In this document: positions 60,078-64,000 of the stretch, piece after piece
How positions within the stretch are numbered: the stretch's first letter is position 1
Layout of the letters: each line of letters opens with the position of its first letter
Assembly (NCBI GenBank): GCA_002104905.1
Contig: MCFE01000408.1
Location: 16,008 to 80,007, forward strand
Reading direction: 5' to 3'
DNA length: 64,000 nucleotides
Source of the DNA: Basidiobolus meristosporus CBS 931.73
Lineage: Eukaryota > Fungi > Basidiobolomycota
The notes under the pieces: generated by a model
Told to the model about the DNA's origin: nothing
Databases searched by the model: none
Seen by the model: the letters and a program-made list of their open reading frames with translations, nothing else
Made by a program: the position numbers and the translations under genes

Positions 60078-62848
60078 CTACTGTTGTAGCTTTGATACAA
60101 GAGTGTGTAGCTGAGGGGAATTTGTAGGTAAGTTAATAAGAAGTGATGATAGTTCTTCAGTGCTCAAGACACTGTTCAGTGGGAAGGGGGGTAGCAAGAG
60201 AGGTAAGAATGACTTGTGAACAACATTAATGAGGGGAATGTGATAAGGGTTGATATTCATCATAAAGGGAGTGTGCTGCTGCAGATATTGCTGCCAAAGT
60301 TCTGTCAAGTACTTCAGGTAGGCCAGCTTGGGTTTTTCTGACTGCAGAATATAGTGAGCAAACTTCTTGACTTCAGGATCTCCAAGTATAGTTCTCCAGC
60401 AGGAGCCAGGTGTTGTGTGGTGTGTTCTCTTCCAGGCCTTAATCAGTGGGTTGCTTGCAGTTGTGAAGTCTGAGGTATAATCTGGTTCTAAGGTAGAGAA
60501 GTCTGATCTTATAGGGCATAAACCCAAAAGCACCAAGAATAGCATGTCTGTAGGGGCATTCAGGCAAATGAGGCACCAAGGAGGTAATGCACCATACTGC
60601 AAACTTGTCAAGCTTAGTGCAGTCTCTAGAAGTAAGAGAGAGAAGTGGTAAGCCAAATTCCAGGACAGGGAAGACAAACTGCTTGAGTAGAAGGAGGCAG
60701 CTGGGAGCTGTAAGTTGTAGGAGGAGTAACAGCCAGTAGCTTGTGGAGTGCCTGTCTTGCCAGGATAATTCTCTTCTTCAGGTGTGCTCCAGAGTCTAGT
60801 CCAGTAGGAAGGAAAGGAAAGCCAAGATATGTAGCAGAAACCTGAGCAGGTAGAGTGGAGTTCTCCAAGTTGATGGGAGAGCCCAAAGGTACTGTCTTTG
60901 CAATGGAAAGCTGGAGATTATTCTTCTGCAGATACTGGTGGATGGTCTGGGAGTCTTGTTGCACATTGGAGGAGGATATTCTGATGTCATCAGCAAAGAG
61001 AGTAACCAGGCAGTCAGCTGAGAGTCTTGGGAAATCATTCAGGAAGATGGCAAACAGTATAGGACCAAGCACAGAGCCTTGAACCACTCCATTAGGAACT
61101 GAGAACACAGCTGATTGCTCACTTGGGTGCAGAATTCTTGCTTGTGGATCCAGAAACAGAGACCTGACAAGGAGGGTGAGAGAGGTACTGGAGAAGCATT
61201 GCAACTTGGACCAAAGCAGATTTCTGTCAACTGAATCAAAGGCCTTAGTAATATCAAACAGAACAGAGGGATACTTGCACTGGAGAGAGTGATCTTGGCT
61301 AAGTATGACTGCATATTCCAAGGAGAGGCCAGGAACAAAGCCAAACTGTGCAGGATGAAACTTGAGGGAGTCAGAGTAGAGCTCCTGAGCAAGCAGAAGC
61401 TCAAACACCTTTCTGCAGGTGGGCAGCAGAGATATTGGCCTGTAGGAGCTAGGATCCAGGTGCTTTCCTTTACCCTTGTACAGTGGCAGAACATTTGCAA
61501 AGGACCATTCCTCAGGAGTAGAAAGCTGGGCTGAGCATTGCTGAAACAGTGGAAGCAGAAGTGCAGACATGGCCTTGGTACTAGTCTTCAGAAGCTCATA
61601 GGAGATTGTGTCCACACCTGGAGCAGTAGAGTTGGGAAGCCTCTTGAGCACATTATGGATTCTCCTTTGATCAAGTGCAAGTGGGATGGGCAGAGTCTTG
61701 AAGTCAGGATGAAAGCCAGGAGTTGAGTACTGCTTTGTAGAGAAGAAGATGTTAGCCAGCTGTTCTGTTGAAGGTAACTTCCTGGAAGAGGGCCTCATTG
61801 CCCTGTAGAGTCTTGATACTGTTCTTGTTATAGAGTTGGAAGATTGCAGAGGCAAGGAACTCATAATATGATCCCAGAGCTGAGTATGCAGAGTGTGGTG
61901 AATTGCCTTGGAGTGGTGTATTGCTGTCAGGAGGAGTTTCTCTGTTTTTGGGTTAGGGAAACTCAGGTAGCTTTGTTGCAGGGCTGAAACAATGGATTCC
62001 CATTTTCTTGAGGTAACAGCAGTAGTCTTGCATGGCAGTGAGAGGGAGGCAGACACCAGAATCAGATGCTTCACAAAGAGCCAGGCATAGTTGAGATCAT
62101 CTGGCAGAGAAAGTAGCAAACTGGCAAGCTTCAAGTAGTTCCCAAAGTCTTTCTTCTGATTCTTGGTAGCTTTGTGGGTGAGCACAGTAAGTTTTGGCAG
62201 CTTCTTCTTCACAACTGGTTGCATAGAAAGGGACCAGGCTGGGTGGTCAGAGGCTCTCAAGGATCCTAGCTCAGCTCCAGAGAATTGCTTAACTTCATTC
62301 ACAAAGTAGAGGGCAGCAGCAGAAGGGCAGATCCAGTCAACACATCTTTTCTCAGATTGAGCACCTAGTGCTAGCAGGTGGCTTTCTCTCAGGAAGTTCA
62401 GTAGGAATGTAGACCTTGGCTTCATTCTTGCAGTCAGAGTAGTCTTGTTCTCAGGATGGGGAATGTTGAGATCTCCAAGCAAGATAACAGGTGTTGATAT
62501 AGATTGTTGGTATTGCTGAACCTTCTGGCATATAACTTGCACTTCCTGAAGGGCTAGACTTGGAGGCAGATAGCAGAGCACCAGACTGATAGTTGGCAAC
62601 TGGAGAGCAGCACAGTAAGGGGAGTAAAGAGGAACACAGAGCTGAGGAGTATTGATGGTAGAAGAGATGAAGCAGATAGAGGAGGTATTCTTTGTTCTAG
62701 GAGTAGAAAAGCAATATAGATTAGTCAAAAGTATAGAGGGTAGCTGGACATCAATCAAACACAGGAGGGAAAATCTTGAAAGAAGTCTCTCTAGAGTTGG
62801 TCTTGATGGCTGTATGCTGTTGCAGTTAAGCAACAGAACTTCAGGTAG
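60078..62848 (-). pseudogene. LINE ORF2 (APE endonuclease-RT), open for ~710 codons and then two apparent frameshifts (~60715, ~60450)
   Basis: APE motifs LLNCN, GDLN, VDWI and SDH. RT motifs APGVD, YRPISLL, QFGF, FDITKAFDSV, GVVQGSVLGP and LFADD. The motif KQFVFPVLEFG appears in a shifted frame. Confidence 0.9.
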
Positions 62849-63976
62849 TCAGGCAGAGGTTGTAGCTTCTTCAGAGGCAGCATTAACAATGTGACCTGCA
62901 GAGTCCCAGAGCTCTTCAAATGGTGCATCACTTAAGTCAGCAAGGAGGGAAATGGCATGGTTCTTGAGGAAGTATGCCACATCATAGGAGGGGGCTTGTC
63001 TCTTGATGGCAGCAAAGAAAGACAGAATGGCAACATGGGCTGGAGGCTTGTTGAACAGTAGAGAGTCAGAGGATTCAGATTCTTCAGGCACTATCTTGAA
63101 GTCAGTTTTCAGCCAGTTAAGGTTCTTCTCCACAAAGGCAACAAATGGGTCAGCAATGTTTTGGTCTAGGATAACCTCCAGAATCTTCCCTTTTCTCCAG
63201 GCCAGGTTGACAATTCTTGAGAGCTGAATATTGCATGCCTTGAGTGCTTTCCTGATGTTGGAAATGGGAGTCCAGGGAACTTGCTTCAAGTACACCACAG
63301 TCCAGGTAGAAGCTGGTGGTAGGTTTGCTGGGGGCTTGTAAGTCCTTCTGTGTTGCAATGGAGCTGCAGTAGTCAGATTGGAGTCCACATTCTCAGTAGA
63401 AGGTTTTCTTGATGTGTCTTGCTGAATAGTACTGGAGCTGGATGTGCTGATAATTCTTGCTAGAACCTTGCCTGCATAAGTCTGAGGTATAGCTGAGGTG
63501 ACTGTAGAGGTGGTGGCAGCTGGTGCAGGTGGAGAGGCAGAGACTGAAGCAGGAACTGAGGTCACCTGGGAGAAGGCAGTAGAAGCAGGTTTTCTGGGAG
63601 GAACAGAGTTCACTATCCAGTTGTTCTGTAAAACACTGGAGTAGCTTTTCTGTGGAACAGGATCTTGCTCTTGAACAGGAACAGAAGCAGGAGGCTGGGG
63701 CTGAGCAGTAGTGGTAAGGCAGTGGCACTCCAAGGAAGCTTTTTGCAAGGCATCTCTGGCAGTTTTCAGGGCAGTATTGGCTTCATTCTTGAGCTTCTTG
63801 CATTGGGCATCCAGTCTCTTGTTTTCAATAGCCAGGGCAGTATTGGCAGCCTCTAAATCAGCAATTCTCTTCTCAATTGCAAGGAATCTCTGAAGAAATG
63901 CATCAGTAGAAGTGCTGGCATCTGGGAGAGCAGTGGCAGGAATAGAGTCCATTGACAGTGGGCTTCTTGGAGGCAA
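62849..63976 (-). CDS. LINE ORF1 (coiled coil, Ser/Thr/Pro-rich linker, C-terminal globular domain)
   Basis: Open for 375 codons. Heptad pattern IEKRIADLEAANTALAIENKRLDAQCKKLKNE. Lies upstream of ORF2. Confidence 0.8.
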   Translation of the reverse strand: MPPRSPLSMDSIPATALPDASTSTDAFLQRFLAIEKRIADLEAANTALAIENKRLDAQCKKLKNEANTALKTARDALQKASLECHCLTTTAQPQPPASVPVQEQDPVPQKSYSSVLQNNWIVNSVPPRKPASTAFSQVTSVPASVSASPPAPAATTSTVTSAIPQTYAGKVLARIISTSSSSTIQQDTSRKPSTENVDSNLTTAAPLQHRRTYKPPANLPPASTWTVVYLKQVPWTPISNIRKALKACNIQLSRIVNLAWRKGKILEVILDQNIADPFVAFVEKNLNWLKTDFKIVPEESESSDSLLFNKPPAHVAILSFFAAIKRQAPSYDVAYFLKNHAISLLADLSDAPFEELWDSAGHIVNAASEEATTSA

Positions 63977-64000
63977 GGAAAGTGGACTGGCAGATTCAGG

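Larger units (their letters stand above)
59252..64000 (-). mobile_element. Non-LTR retrotransposon (LINE) with APE endonuclease and RT; 5' end runs out of the window
   Basis: ORF1 plus ORF2. The 3' end on the minus strand reads AATAAA-gcactagaa-CCTAACCTAA at the junction with the gypsy RNase H. Confidence 0.9.

Overview
Eukaryotic DNA, most likely from an early-diverging fungus. This is an inference from the 55-78 nt GT-AG introns with CTRAY-like branch sites, the fungal-type SHMT and Ras2, and the fungal TE types. The window has three blocks. (1) 1-24.4 kb is a nested transposon graveyard: a decayed Ty3/gypsy relic, two Ty1/copia families primed on the tRNAiMet anticodon arm, a PIF/Harbinger-related (PHIS) DDE transposon with a matching 210-bp MITE, and a young full-length Ty3/gypsy element (12365-19136; 386-bp LTRs with 7 differences, CCTTG target duplication). 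That young element carries an extra ~397-codon ORF of unknown function after pol. (2) ~25.5-54.6 kb is a CpG-rich gene island: an orphan multi-exon coiled-coil gene, a bacterial-type MscS channel with two introns, a YdcZ/DUF606 transporter, a secreted PI-PLC-like phosphodiesterase, an XIP-like aquaporin, two convergent Ras2-like genes identical over 546 of 547 coding bp, cytosolic SHMT and a MetX-like alpha/beta hydrolase. (3) 56.4-64 kb is a Ty3/gypsy element cut in its RNase H by a nearly CpG-free LINE whose ORF1 and ORF2 are in frame across a single TGA-CTA. The strongest leads are the gypsy ORF3, the CDS-confined inverted Ras pair, the bacterial-type MscS, possible LINE stop-codon readthrough, and a CpG-directed mutation signature restricted to repeats. 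All alignments and counts were done by eye and no database searches were run.
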